Positions 1 through 13,260 are shown, counted from the first letter of the stretch. The stretch is 64,000 nucleotides of DNA from Zootoca vivipara (GCF_963506605.1 NC_083277.1:88102001-88166000), one strand, 5' to 3'. Numbers and translations are program-made. Notes: generated by a model from the sequence alone, not told the origin.

Positions 1-548
1 TTTGTGAAGAAATATATATATTTATATATTTATATATTATCCCCTCTTTGCCTTTGTTGGCTTCAGAAGGTAAAAGTAGCTCATTTGGCTGCATAAAAGT
101 TTTTTTCTCCCCAAGCAGTTTATGTTCAGAATCAGATAGGCCAATGCCTAACTTCCTTTCTTTTATATTATCTGTAACAATTGGAAGAGTTTAAGAATAA
201 AAGAATTCCAGTAGCTGCTGAGAAGTCTCTGAGTCTAGAAATTAACTTTAGGTGCTATCCAATCATGGTCAACAAATAAAATGTTACTTATTTCCACGTT
301 TTATGAATATGTCCACAAAAAGAGCAAAATGAGGTCTCTCTTTGACTGACACTAACACTGTGATCAGGTATTATTACATGGATGCACTTTATAAGTGACA
401 ATAATATACAGACAGAATGGAAGAAAAACACCAACATTATTGCACATGGTGTCTGGGCGAGCGTTAAAACACTGCAATACGGGGTGAAGATTCTGTACAT
501 CTTGCTTTTTCTCAGCATTTGCACTAGAGTTTTGATGTAGCAGCAGTA
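1..548 (-). other. MAP2K4: MAP2K4 3' UTR (continues beyond window start)
   Basis: Follows the stop codon; contains 8mer miRNA seed matches. Confidence 0.8.
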
Positions 549-662
549 TCAATCGACATACATTGGAGAGCTCGGAGTTGTTGGCATTTGATCCAGGATT
601 TTACAAACATAGCACGCAACGTCCACTGTTCGCTCCTCATACATTAGGATGAAGGGATGTTT
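549..662 (-). CDS. MAP2K4: MAP2K4 exon 11 (last coding exon, KHPFILMYEE...SSPMYVD*)
   Basis: Translation matches the MKK4 C-terminus; AG acceptor at 664-663; TGA at 551-549. Confidence 0.97.
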   Translation of the reverse strand, partial: KHPFILMYEERTVDVACYVCKILDQMPTTPSSPMYVD

Positions 663-1002
663 CTGGTAGAAGAGAAGGGAACAAAATATAGTCTCACTTT
701 TGGAGCACAAGTGGCGGCTCCAGAAGATGTGTGAGCTCCCAAGGGTGCTTCCATGCAACTTATCACTTCAGGTGTTAAGAGTTGCTGCACTGAGGTACCA
801 GCTCACAAGATTCAGTAGAAGGGGTCCAAGAATCAACATGGGCATATACACACAGAGAATGCAGGTGGGGTACAGTACATCCCTTGGCCTTATGTTTTGG
901 AGAAAATGGATAACTGGTGAAGCAGACAAATTCCAAAATCAAATTTTAATTATACTAATTAAATATGCTGTGCAATTGCCAGAAAACTTTAATTCTCTAG
1001 AT

Positions 1003-1137
1003 CAGGCACCCCCAAACTGCGGCCCTCCAGATGTTTTGGCCTACAACTCCCATGATCCCTAGCTAACAGGACCAGTGGTCAGGGATGATGGGAATTGTAG
1101 TCCAAAACATTGGAGGGCCGAAGTTTGGGGATGCCTG
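1003..1137. mobile_element. hAT (Charlie/URR1-like) MITE, ~135 bp
   Basis: TIRs CAGGCAcCCCCAAACT...AGTTTGGGGATGCCTG; perfect 8-bp TSD ctctagat. Confidence 0.9.
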
Positions 1138-1309
1138 CTCTAGATACACAACAAAACCCCTCAACAAACTAAATGTGGGCTTGCTTCATTGCTCACCACA
1201 GCAAACGACGAAATAGCAAGCCCAGCCGCACTGTTTGCATTAAACAGATAGAATGCAGCTCATATCTCACAAAATGGGAATAGCAATGGTGCTGCTACAG
1301 AATGCCTAA

Positions 1310-1365
1310 TTATATCTGTTGGAAGCTGCCCAGAGTGGCTGGGGGAACCCAGTCAGATGGGTGGG

Positions 1366-1400
<35 letters not shown>
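1310..1400 (+). mobile_element. LINE (L2-like) 3' end fragment with (AAT)n tail
   Basis: ggaagctgcccagagtggctggg... followed by (AAT)11 at 1367-1400; family assignment from recollection. Confidence 0.5.
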
Positions 1401-1484
1401 TCATACCAAGCTTCGAAAGAGTTAAAGTCCTTAAAGTCTTAGCCAGTTCTAGTCTCATGCATTCACATATCCCACCATACTCAC

Positions 1485-1530
1485 CAGAAGCTCCTTATAC
1501 TTTGGCCTTTTGGATTCGTCCTTTGTAAGG
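1485..1530 (-). CDS. MAP2K4: MAP2K4 exon 10 (C-LTKDESKRPKYKELL)
   Basis: 46 nt, ttttag| acceptor and |gtgagt donor, phase consistent. Confidence 0.96.
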
Positions 1531-1739
1531 CTAAAAAGATCAGTAAGAGGATTAGGGTGACAGAACATTAGCAGCAAAACATCTGAAATTAAGTGTTGGC
1601 CAGTTACGACATTGCACACTGTCAGTCTGCAATTCTATCGCATGAATGCACCTATATGTAGGATGATGATCATTAATGGTCATTTAAGTCACCTCTCTGT
1701 CCAAAGGCTGTGGCTATAAAACCAACAGGCAACCAGGTC

Positions 1740-1770
<31 letters not shown>

Positions 1771-2002
1771 GACAGGGCTTCTGAAAGCTGTATAGGAGTG
1801 GGAATTTCAGCAGATGTGCCATGCAAGACAAGATGCACTATTGAAATTCCTCTTTCTACAAAACTATTAAAGATGCAGGAGCCCTGGCCACCCTATTTTC
1901 ACCTCTGTATTGCCTATTAGGCTCAGAGTATATTGAATGTATTGAGAATCCCAGGACTGTTCTTGGTCTGCAGGTAACCAATAAAATGTTGTAATATAAC
2001 CA

Positions 2003-3445
2003 AAATGTTAAAATGTTGTAATATAGGTAAGGACCTAACAGAAGCAGAAGACTCAGCAATGGCCAGAGGATTGGAACTCAGCAATGGCCAGAGGATTGGA
2101 GAAGATCAGTCTACATCCCAATTCCAAAGAAGGGCAGTGCCAAAGAATGCTCCAACTACCGCACAATTGCGCTCATTTCACACGCTAGCAAGGTTATGCT
2201 TAAAATTCTACAAGGCAGGCTTAGGCAGTATGTGGACCGAGAACTCCTAGAAGTGCAAGCTGGATTTCGAAAGGGCAGAGGAACCAGAGACCAAATAGCA
2301 AACATGCGCTGGATTACAGAGAAAGCTAGAGAGTTCCAGAAAAACATCTACTTCTGCTTCATTGACTATGCAAAAGCCTTTGACTGTGTCGACCACAGCA
2401 AACTATGGCAAGTTCTTAAAGAAATGGGAGTGCCTGATCACCTCATCTGTCTCCTGAGAAATCTCTATGTGGGACAAGAAGCTACAGTTAGAACTGGATA
2501 TGGAACAACTGATTGGTTCAAAATTGGGAAAGGAGTACGACAAGGTTGTATATTGTCTCCCTGCTTATTTAACTTATATGCAGAATTCATCATGCGAAAG
2601 GCTGGACTAGATGAATCCCAAGCCGGAATTAAGATTGCCGGAAGAAATATCAACAACCTCAGATATGCAGATGACACAACCTTGATGGCAGAAAGCGAGG
2701 AGGAATTAAAGAACCTTTTAAAGAGGGTGAAAGAGGAGAGCGCAAAATATTGTCTGAAGCTCAACATCAAAAAAACCAAGATCATGGCCACTGGTCCCAT
2801 CACCTCCTGGCAAATAGAAGGGGAAGAAATGGAGGCAGTGAGAGATTTTACTTTCTTGGGCTCCTTGATCACTGCAGATGGTGACAGCAGTCACGAAATT
2901 AAAAGACGCCTGCTTCTTGGGAGAAAAGCAATGACAAACCTAGACAGCATCTTAAAAAGCAGAGACATCACCTTGCCGACAAAGGTCCGTATAGTTAAAG
3001 CTATGGTTTTCCCAGTAGTGATGTATGGAAGTGAGAGCTGGACCATAAAGAAGGCTGATCGCCGAAGAATTGATGCTTTTGAATTATGGTGCTGGAGGAG
3101 ACTCTTGAGAGTCCCATGGACTGCAAGAAGATCAAACCTATCCATTCTTAGGGAAATCAGCCCTGAGTGCTCCCTGGAAGGACAGATCGTGAAGCTGAGG
3201 CTCCAATACTTTGGCCACCTCATGAGAAGAGAAGAATCCTTGGAAAAGACCCTGATGTTGGGAAAGATTGAGGGCACTAGGAGAAGGGGACGACAGAGGA
3301 TGAGATGGTTGGACAGTGTTCTCGAAGCTACGAACATGAGTTTGACCAAACTGCGGGAGGCAGTGCAAGACAGGAGTGCCGGGCGTGCTATGGTCCATGG
3401 GGTCACGAAGAGTCGGACACGACTAAACAACTAAACAACAACAAC
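2003..3445 (+). mobile_element. 5'-truncated RTE-BovB LINE with open RT frame (2076-3434)
   Basis: RT motifs QAGFRKGRGT, FIDYAKAFD, GVRQGCILSP, YADD; (CAA)n tail; TSD aatataacca at 1993-2002 and 3446-3455. Confidence 0.95.
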
Positions 3446-3916
3446 AATATAACCAGAAGCACTCTGAACTCTGCAACCTATCGGCACATCTCTCACTCCA
3501 TTGTTTTAAAATTCTGAATGCAGGAAGTGCACGGCCTTTCAACAACTTCCTGGCATCAGGGAAGTTTCATTTTCTTTATTTCTTAAGACCGGTGCAGCAT
3601 GAAATTAACCCTTCATAAACAAACACGGGGGGACTCTAAAAAAGATCTTTCTTGCACTACCATAACCCGCCAATAATGAATATAGAGGGCTCAGCAGAGT
3701 GGAAAATGCCACAGTTGCTTTTCAGGGGCCTTGTCTACTTAACACAAAACCTGCTCCCCACCTTTCTAAGGAGGAATGCACATCACTCAGCTAAAGACAG
3801 TCTGGTCCTGCCCATCTGCCTCTAAGAAATCAGCACAAGAGGCTAACTAACTGCATTTTAAAAACACTGCAGAAAAATGTCAAACCAACAGGTGGCAGCA
3901 CATCAACACTCTAGTG

Positions 3917-4313
3917 CAGGGGTGGCCAACTTCCAAGAGACTGCAATCAACTCACAGAGCTATAAACTGGGAGTGATCTATCCCCTTTTCGGGGGGTGGG
4001 GGGTGGGTTTCAGGTCAAAGTTGTTGCGCTTTTTTTTTAGGAAAGAGGAATGCCCATGTTGGGGGGGGTTCATGTAAAAGTTGTTGAGCTTCTTTAGGGA
4101 AGAGGAAAGCAACATTGAACTTTCTTTTAGGAAGGAAAGCCCTGTTTTTGGTGGTTCAGGTCATTTTAGGCGTGCAGGGCAAAGATGTTGAGCTTTTTTA
4201 GAGGAGCCAAAGTTTTTTAGCTTCTTTGGGGGGAGCCACTGATCTACCGGTGATCTACCACAGACATCCACTGATCTACCAGTAGATCACAATCTACCTG
4301 TTGGACATGCCTG
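3917..4313. mobile_element. Non-autonomous hAT element, ~400 bp
   Basis: TIRs CAGGGGTGGCCAAC/GTTGGACATGCCTG; perfect TSD ctctagtg; subterminal GATCTACC repeats. Confidence 0.88.
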
Positions 4314-5202
4314 CTCTAGTGAATTTGAAGTGACTGTCTTGCTTTAATCAGTTTGTAAAACGTACATTGATCATTCTCCTTTAAATACCACTCCTCTCCT
4401 TTATCTTTTGTGCGATTACAGCCTCAAAGGTAACTGTTTCATCTTAAAGGTATCTTTCACTATTCTAGCTCCTGCAAGGCTCCAAATCATCACTGATGTA
4501 GACTAATATACTTAACGATGTTAAGTTGCTCACATAACGCTTCATGAGCCCATTCTGGTGTGCTAAATGCAACCGACTCAGATCCACTTTGTTTTATCCA
4601 TTGGACAATGTAATAATTGTGCTGCAATGAGGCAAACATAGCTATCAACATTCACTTAAAATATCACAGCTACAAACCTGCAGGTAGGCAAACTCCCAGC
4701 AGGAGGCACTACAAAGATATATTCTGCAATTTACAGTGTGCACTCTATTTGATGAAATCACTCCTCCCTCTATTAAATATTGAGGAGGCAACAACAAACG
4801 GATCTCCAAGATGTAATTAGGGGCTACAAAAGGTCTTGCTACAGACACAGCCTGAGGAAAGGCCTCCCCACCCCCACCCCCAGTGCTATTTGTCAAATGT
4901 GAGAAGTCAGTAAGGAAGATTTGCGTTGCCTTCACATTGCGTGAAATCCCTCCAAGCCACCACTTCCATCACACATGCAGGAAATGTGGCATTAATTTCA
5001 GGATTGCAAGTGGCTCTGCATACTGCAGCTTCCTCCACCCAACCCACTTTCATCCTCAATAGAGGAAAAATGCACCATTTCCAGCAACATGAATGCTCTT
5101 GGATGTTGCTGCCACATGCAAGTTGCTGAGGGCCAGAGTTGGAAGCCTGAGCCAGAACCACTTACTAATGCCCCGAAGAGCCCCAGAGCGAGGCATACTC
5201 AC

Positions 5203-5351
5203 CACAAGTTGACAAAGTTGATAAAACTTGGGGAGAACTCCCGTTCCTCTGAGTTACTCAGCTGTGGTGGGTCTCCCTTGACTACTTGTGTCAGTTGATC
5301 AAAAACACTATTCCATTTGGGATAGGGGAACCGTCCTGTGGCCAGTTCATA
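5203..5351 (-). CDS. MAP2K4: MAP2K4 exon 9 (YELATGRFPYPKWNSVFDQLTQVVKGDPPQL...NL)
   Basis: 149 nt, AG/GT flanks, kinase subdomains IX-X. Confidence 0.96.
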
Positions 5352-5510
5352 CTACACCAAAAGAAAAAGAAACAACATGTGCTAGATTAGCCATTGTAAA
5401 GTTCATGGGGCCAGGAGGGTGGGAGCGAGGATTCTGCAAACAAACCCCACCAGCAGAAGCTCTGTGCAAGGTTTCCAACTCCTGATTTAACAATAGCAAC
5501 CCCCAAATTA

Positions 5511-5813
5511 AAGGTAAAGGTAAAGGGACCCCTGACCATTAGGTCCAGTCGTGACCGACTTTGAGGTTGTGGCGCTCATCTCACGTTATTGGCCAAGGGA
5601 GCCGGTGTACAGCTTCCAGGTCATGTGGCCACCCAGGTCATGTGGCAAACCAGAGCAGCACACAGAAATGCCATTTACCTTCCCGCTGTAGCGGTACCTA
5701 TTTAACTACTTGCACTTTGACATGCTTTCGAACTGCTAGGTTGGCAGGAGCTGGGACCAAGCAATGGGAGCACACCCTGTCACGGGAATTTGAACCACCG
5801 ACCTTCTGATCGG
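5511..5813 (-). mobile_element. Sauria SINE (5'-truncated)
   Basis: Reverse complement of the 42070-42435 family; (ACCTTT)n tail; possible TSD caaatta. Confidence 0.85.
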
Positions 5814-7019
5814 CAAATTAGCCAGCTGAAAGAAAGCTTGGGGGAAAGCAGGAGATGGCTCGTGCCTAAGAAATAATAGTTCAAAAGAGATTCCTAGACA
5901 TAGCAGTAACTTAAAAGAGCTCAACTCTCTGCATCCTCATCCCCTCTGCTCCCCACAAACATTCTTTTTTCCTTGTCTTTGCAACTGTATGCATTCAGAT
6001 GAAGAGCCCCTTAAACACACTTTACCATTTGTGAAAAGCCCACAAGTCTGCTTTCCACAGATGGGGGAGAAATTCTGCCTTGCTGCTGTAAAAGAGCTGC
6101 AATGCTTTCTACTTCTTTTGTTAAAAAGAAGAAGAATCATACGGTACAAGGTGTGCAGGCAATTGCTGGGGAGACAGAGTGGGCAACTTACCAGCTGCTT
6201 TAATTAAATTTAAAATGTTCACAAAACAACAGGCAAGCACTTGACCTCTAAAACACATGAAATAATAGGGTGTGGGTGTGTTCTGCATTAGCCCAAGCCC
6301 TTATTTTGCATTTGTCTCCAGTTGACGGATTTCAAGCTTCCCATAAAAAAAGCAGAGGAAACAATGTCTACCCATTCCTCCTAAACATACTACATGCTGG
6401 GGGCAGGGCCCAGAGGCATTCCAGGGAAATGAAAGAGGTAGCTGGAGTTCCCGGTTTCCCCCTTCAATACCATCGCCACCTGTCCCCACCCCTAGTCAGC
6501 TCCACTTTGGGGGTGGCTACTAGGCTAATGCTAAGGGTGTGCGCCCAGAGAGGGTACTTTGCCCAGCCCCTTCAAATCTGGAACTGTCTCTGATTGGACC
6601 AACCCTTGGTTTCTACCTTTCTGCATCAATACACTCTTCTCCACTCCTACTAAGTTTGCTTTCTTCAGTGGTCCAAACCTAGAAAGGCTGGGCTTACTTT
6701 GGCTCTAAAGGGGCAGCAAGGAACAGATTCCTAGCTTAAAGCTTAAAGCACGGCTCTTTTGAGGTTTAGCATGCATTGCTGCCCCCTAGTAACTGAGTAA
6801 AGTCACTGCTGATAAAAAGTAGCCAAGGAAGCCAAACTGTGTAGCAGAGGAAAGCTGAGCCAGGTCTGTTATTCAGGGAGGCAATGCAGGCCCCATCACA
6901 GCATACATGTTCACAAGAGTAATGCCAGTTTAGCTTTTACTTCTCCTAAAGCTGCTTCACAAGCTGCTTTAGGGTTTTATCTCCAGCAGCATGCAAAGCC
7001 CTTAGCATTTCTCACTTAC

Positions 7020-7097
7020 CAATGTAATCCCTAAGCTCCAGACATCAGAGCGGACATCATATCCTTGCCTGGATGCACTGGGGTCTATCCTCTCTGG
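7020..7097 (-). CDS. MAP2K4: MAP2K4 exon 8 (PERIDPSASRQGYDVRSDVWSLGITL)
   Basis: 78 nt, cag| and |gtaagt. Confidence 0.96.
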
Positions 7098-8563
7098 CTG
7101 AAATTAGAGGAAGAATATCAGTTATATAAGAAAAAAAGACAAGAATTTACTGAAGTGGGATATGGAGATGGATTCATTTAACACCAACTGTGCCCTCCAT
7201 GATCCTAATCCTAATGCATGGCTGCATGTACTCTATGTAAAGCAAATCAGAATCAAGCAACACGGTATAAATTATGCAAATGAAGCAAACATTAGGGGAG
7301 ATTTAAGTGATTCCTTTTTTACCCACCCCAAAGCTGCAAAGACTGGCCTTGAGGGGAAATCACTGCAGTTATCCTTCTGAAATTTGTTGGTTTTTTATTT
7401 CTCAGTAGTGAAGGGGCACGAAGGAATTGGACTTGGATAAACACCGAGCCAAATTAGGCAACCCCTTAAGCCTGAGGCGGACTGTTTTACAAAGTACTGA
7501 ATCTGGAGTCTGAACTGAATCTGGTGGTTAGTGAAAGCCCCTAATACGAGTCTTCTCAGGATAATTAGATCTCATGGCTCCCACTTGGAAGCCATGGACA
7601 ATTATTATATACAGGTTTATGGTGTTTTATTGTTATGATTGTACTGAACCATTCAATCTTTTGCAGCACTTTTGTCCAATCTGGTTCTGCTTGGCAAAAC
7701 CATCTGCTATTAATGTCACAACTCAAGTGTATTAGTCTCACTTGGCCGGTGCCAGTATTTCTGAAAGAATATGCTTTGTTTCCCTGTTATCTGTGCCTTT
7801 GAATCTGGCATCACTTCTCCTTAAAAAAAACCTAACACATCCAACTAAGAACAAATGGCAAAAGAATCTGTATCTTTGGAATTCTGTTATTCTGTTATTT
7901 AAATGGCAATGGGAGCATCCCTCTTAGACTAGTCAATTATTCTGCCACATTTGGGAGCTGAAGCTGTATTTTATTGATCCATGCTACCACCAGGCACCAA
8001 CATCCTCATCAGAATGTTACTAAGTAATTCTCAGACTTAATATACTCAGAAGGAATTTCACTGAACTGTATGTTTCCCATTTCCCTGCACCTTTGTATGG
8101 TAACCATCATGGTCCCAAATGTCCTCACTCTATTCCTGAGCCTCCTCTTCCAAGGAAAAGCTCTGATAGGAGCCACAGGGGTTTACTAGCTCCTTATAGA
8201 TTCCTCCTACAAATGACTATCTAAATGCTAACGCATAGAAAATGGATGCTTCCAATACCTTCGCCAGTAGAGGGCCCAGGTTACTAAAGCATGAAAGAGA
8301 TTTGATTACTGCAAGAAAAGCTGTTCAGCATTACCTTGGGCATGCAGTGATGTAATGTACTAAAATTAAGATGGAGAAGCTTCACATCAAGCTAACTTCA
8401 TCTAAGTTTTAGCTTGCGAAGCTGAAGCATGATTTCAATCTCAGCCATTCATGTACAAAATATTTAGCTTCTGCCTGTACAACAAAGGGAGTAAAATAAA
8501 GGATTCCATTTCTATTTGCACCTCACCCATCACATACAGTACAAGTTTTCAAATCCCACTTAC

Positions 8564-8691
8564 TGCCATGTAGGGCCGGCAGCCAGCATCTCTGGTTTTG
8601 GCAATGGAGTCTACAAGTTGTCCACTAATGCCGAAATCACAGAGTTTAATATTTCCGTTTCTGTCCAGAAGAATATTGGAAGGTTTAATAT
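8564..8691 (-). CDS. MAP2K4: MAP2K4 exon 7 (IKPSNILL...[25 protein letters not shown]; activation loop SIAKT)
   Basis: 128 nt; DFG and S-I-A-K-T phosphosites; canonical splice sites. Confidence 0.97.
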
Positions 8692-9373
8692 CTGCAACAG
8701 ATGTGGGCAAACAGAAACATATTTAAGCAGATAAGCTGCAACCAAAGGACTTCAGTTTCTAACTGCTGAAAGTTACATAGCGTCAGACACAAAGTTACGA
8801 ATAAATATAGCAACCACAACTGCATGTCACAATAAACTAGAGTCCCTACCCCTCTGGAATTAACAGGAGAAATAAATCAGGATTCGAGCTTGCTTCCCAT
8901 AATATCCGAACTCAGGATCTCGGTTTGTTGCTCCCTTACAAACCAGGATCACTAGCCAGCCTTAAAACATGGTTTGTTGTTGGCTTACAAATCCTGTCTT
9001 GTTAGGGAGTAACAAACTAGGCACCTCAGCCAGCCAAGCATCCAATGGCAGCAGCTTTGGTGTGAGAGAGACTTAAATGGGAGAAACCCCCTCCTAAAAC
9101 ACTATGACCCTGTTCTCCACACAGAAACTTGTGACTATAAAATGTAACACCCAACGAGTGTTGTCAATTAGCTTTGTCCTAATGTCAGCCTCCAACTGGT
9201 AGCCCAAGAGAACCAAAACTCACATGGACATAGTCAAACATAAAATGATCAAGTGGAATACCCCAAATAGTCGGGTCACAAATATATTTTGCATAATCTA
9301 TAGGCATACTCAGGAAGAACTGTGTGTGACAGACATACCACACAGTAAGAAAGGCAAATCCAGAAAAGCCTAC

Positions 9374-9425
9374 CTCTGTGAATGATTTTCAAGTTTTCTT
9401 TTAAGTGGTTTAGTGCTTTCACAGT
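9374..9425 (-). CDS. MAP2K4: MAP2K4 exon 6 (TVKALNHLKENLKIIHR-D)
   Basis: 52 nt; HRD motif spans the junction. Confidence 0.96.
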
Positions 9426-9827
9426 CTAGGAGAGAAAGAGAAATTTTGTTGAGAACAAAAGTATAATAAAATGCCTGCTATTACACAATTCAAAGCCAAA
9501 CAATTTGAAGATGCATCTCAGCTTATAAGGCAGAAATGCAGATGCGTCCCTTTAAACATTTAATAGCTGTACCATGTTACAGTGTAGTTAATGCAAACAA
9601 AATGTGATAGAAATGGTTGTGTAAGATGGTGGTATGTTTCCCGCTTGTGCTAGCAGGGACCATGGGTGGTGCTGGGGGATGGGATGGGGGGGAAGTGCAC
9701 TTCCCAACCAAGGAGCTCACCCCCACTCTTGCCTTCTCACTGCTGAACTCCTGTCATTGACATATACTGCTAATTTTCTTTCAGAGATCTTAGCATGTGG
9801 GACACAACCCACCCACCTAGAAGTATA

Positions 9828-10175
9828 CAGGTGAAACTCGGAAAATTAGAATATCATCGAAAAGTGAATTTATTTCAGTAATGCAACTTTTTATTTTTTA
9901 TTTTTACAAATGCTTTCTTTTGGAAATTCCACAGTAATAAAACAAATAGTTACAATAATACGAAAAATAAACATCGCTATTACATTTCATTAATTACATT
10001 CCATTTATAATTGACCCACCTCACGACAAATAATTACAATTACAACAAATAAAGGCTTCACATATCTTGTTTTGCATGTCATGCATCTATCTCATATATT
10101 GGTTTCACCTTTTAAGTTGTGTTACTGAAACAAATGCACTTTTCGACAATATTCTAATTTTCCGAGTTTCATCTG
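9828..10175. mobile_element. Tc1/mariner-type MITE
   Basis: ~60-bp TIRs CAGGTGAAACTCGGAAAATTAGAATAT...; TA on the left flank. Confidence 0.85.
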
Positions 10176-10379
10176 AATTTTGCCCTTTCTCTACCCCTCT
10201 ACCACCACAAGAAAAAAAAAATCTGAAGCCACCCTGGCAGAGACTGAGCAGTATATGGTAAACCACTAGGCATGGTTCACAGCAACAAGCCTAAATAAGC
10301 CAAATCATCTCCCGCCTAGATCCTGGATTTTTGTGTGCACACAAAAAAAGGCAGCAGTAAGAATAGAAATAATACTTAC

Positions 10380-10499
10380 AGCTAAAGTGATTTTGCCTAG
10401 AATTTCTTCTGGAATAACGTCATCTAATACACTATATACATATTTGTAAAATTTATCAAACGAGGTAGACATGAGCTCCATACAGATCCAACAGTCACC
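10380..10499 (-). CDS. MAP2K4: MAP2K4 exon 5 (GDCWICMELMSTSFDKFYK...KITLA)
   Basis: 120 nt, canonical splice sites. Confidence 0.96.
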
Positions 10500-11260
10500 C
10501 TAAAAATAAAAATAAAAACAGTAAGAAAGAAATGTTTTATTATTGTTAATCTGAAATACACATATGGGGTGGTCAATGTGCAACTCTTGCTAAGCTGTGA
10601 TGGAAAGGGAAGCACAGAAAAGAAGGTCCTCGGACATACAAACCAACACCGATGCAAACCTTTGCCTTACTAAGAGAGAATACATATATTTCTGTGAACA
10701 AACTTCAAGTTGGTCTGCCTCACAAAATATTCTGCTTTCTCTTTTGTCAAATTACAATTGGTCTAATCAATTAGTTAGGTGGCATGTGGCATTTGAATAC
10801 ATTAGCAGTTGTCCATCCCAAAATACAATGGCATTGTGTTCCTCGTGACCCCTGGAGTAGTTAAATGCTTACTAGGCTTGTCAATATCTTGGGCCAGCTA
10901 TTATATCTCAGTGTAACCTACCTGCAGGGGTGTTGGGATAAAAATGGGGGAGAACCATGTACACCATCCCAACCTCCTTAAGAGGATGAATGGGATAAAA
11001 GTGAAATGTAATAAAAGGTAGAAAGCTTGAAAGGCACAAGTGTATAACACACGATAATGATGAACCTTTCGAGAAGCACTGAAATGAAATAGGCATTTTA
11101 GAGATAAAGCAGTGCTTTACATGCATCTCCCCCACCACTAGTTTACCCTTGCAAATTGTCTACTGCTTGCCCTTTGGTTATTGTGCTTCATTACCCATTA
11201 AAAAGTCATAAAACATATTAACTAAATCTGTTACAAACTAAGCAGATTTTGAGTGCCCAC

Positions 11261-11380
11261 CTCTCTGAAGAGTGCTCCATAAAACTGAACAATATATGGG
11301 CAATCACTACTTCGCATAACTACATCCAAATCCATTAAAAGCTGTTTCTGTTCCTTTTCATCCACTGTTGAACGAATTCT
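11261..11380 (-). CDS. MAP2K4: MAP2K4 exon 4 (RIRSTVDEKEQKQLLMDLDVV...ALFRE)
   Basis: 120 nt inside ORF 11231..11443; cag| and |gtgggc. Confidence 0.97.
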
Positions 11381-12789
11381 CTGAAAGAATAAGAAAGGAA
11401 GAGATATTATAATTAAAGGAAACAGAACTAGCTGTGCTTGCATGTCACATTAATATCTTATTATGGGCTCACCCACATGAACCATGTGCTGCTCAAAAGC
11501 ATCCGCTTCAATTCCTTACACACTCCAGGCCAAACTGGGAGCAACAAACCACAACGCATGGGTTCTGACATGTCATCTGAACCATTTTAAACAGCTCAGG
11601 TGAATGAACTTTAAATAATTATTAAAACATTTCAAGTGGGTTAGAAGGGGGACATAATTGTGTATTTTTAAGAAAAATAAATAACCTCTAACCTGTAAGG
11701 AAGGTTAGGCTGAAAAACAGCAACTAGCTCAAGGATAACCAAAGAGTTACATGCCTGAGTAAGGATTCAAACCTGATCTCCAAGGTACTAGTCCAGAAGT
11801 CTAACCACCACATCTTGTCCAGTAGTTTAGGATGATGGGAAGACAGCAAGTTGGGGAAGGCTGACTTATGCTATCATTATCATGCAACAATCCATATTTG
11901 AGTATGATGAATATTCCCTTTTATTAGGCAGTATTTTCTTCAGTTCAGGACTCAATTCATGGGACACATTCCAGCCTAACAAAAACATTTGAGTAGGCCG
12001 CAGTGCAAGGCTGGCCACAGGTGTGGCTTGGAGAGGAAGCATGGTCTAGAAAGATTACTAAGGACCACCCCGTCCATAAAGAATATGACATGTTGGTAGC
12101 CAATCTGTGACTAAGGGCCAAACTGCATGGCACATTAAAAGTGTTTTTAGGCACTGTGTCATGTCTCTCCTTTTAGAAAAGTTAACTGCAATGGATCCTA
12201 ATCCTAATCCAGATTTTGATCCTTTACCCATTGCTATTTTCTAGGCAACCACCTCCAGCACTACCCACAATTTGCTATCACCTTCTGGGGCACAAAAGCT
12301 TCTGTATAGGGTGATTTTCCAGGGAAAACAGTGCAGGGCTAAACAGCTAACCTCTCTTCCAGCCCCAATCCAAAACACCCACACCCCTGTTTTGCTAAAG
12401 AAAACGATATGGCTAATTCTAAGCACACAATTAAAAATGCTTTGAACATTAGCATGTAATATGGCCCCAAGAAGACACTTTACAAAAATATCCCCAGTTA
12501 TAGCATACCAATGTGGATCTCTAAATGCTAACAGTTAAGAGTAACAAAAACACCATACCCTCCCCCACCAAAGAAATGCTGATCAAAGCCACTTGAGAAA
12601 GTTATAATAGCAGGCATGGGAGGGTTTTGCTTTGTTCTGGAGACACTATACAATTCTTCTGGGCACAATTATTCTACAGCTGTAAAGTCATTACACATTC
12701 CAGAGTACAAATAGTAAGCAGCTCAACTGTTTGCCTAGGAAGTGATGGGCAGAACAGAATGATCCAAGTAAAGAACTGCCTGTTACATA

Positions 12790-13260
12790 GAAGATGAAAT
12801 GGGAACTCTAAAACACAACCGCAAATATAACATATTCCATCTGTTTTTCCTTTTTCCAGTGTTTCTTAACTCTCTGGCAATACCTAAACTGCATATAGGC
12901 CAATGCCCTCTAACCTTCACAATTCCCTTCCGCATGTAACTATTCCTAGCCTTTGTATACAATACATTATCCAATCTTTGTATTCCCAAGGAATCCCATG
13001 ACCAAATATGCAAAGCACTTCCCATTGTGCTCTCCTTGATTGCATGATCCCTGCAAAAAAACGCAGGTTATCTCCAGAGTTTTCTGACCTTGTTCCCATT
13101 TTCTTCTCCAGAATTCCTCTCCTAATATTTCTGTACCATTCTTTACCATATTTCCCTTTCTTCAGTGGCTGCTGGTATCTGCCTCACCTTCCTGTTTTCT
13201 GTAGAATTCTGTCTATGTAATTTTATAATTATTTCTTTTCTTTAACTTTTCTTTTACTGG
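12790..13260 (-). mobile_element. Degenerate L1-like LINE fragment
   Basis: Strand-biased composition and decayed ORF2 C-terminus-like peptides; boundaries approximate. Confidence 0.35.

Noticed and set aside
2465-3430. Antisense ORFs over BovB
   Set aside because: Shadow ORFs of the RT coding strand.
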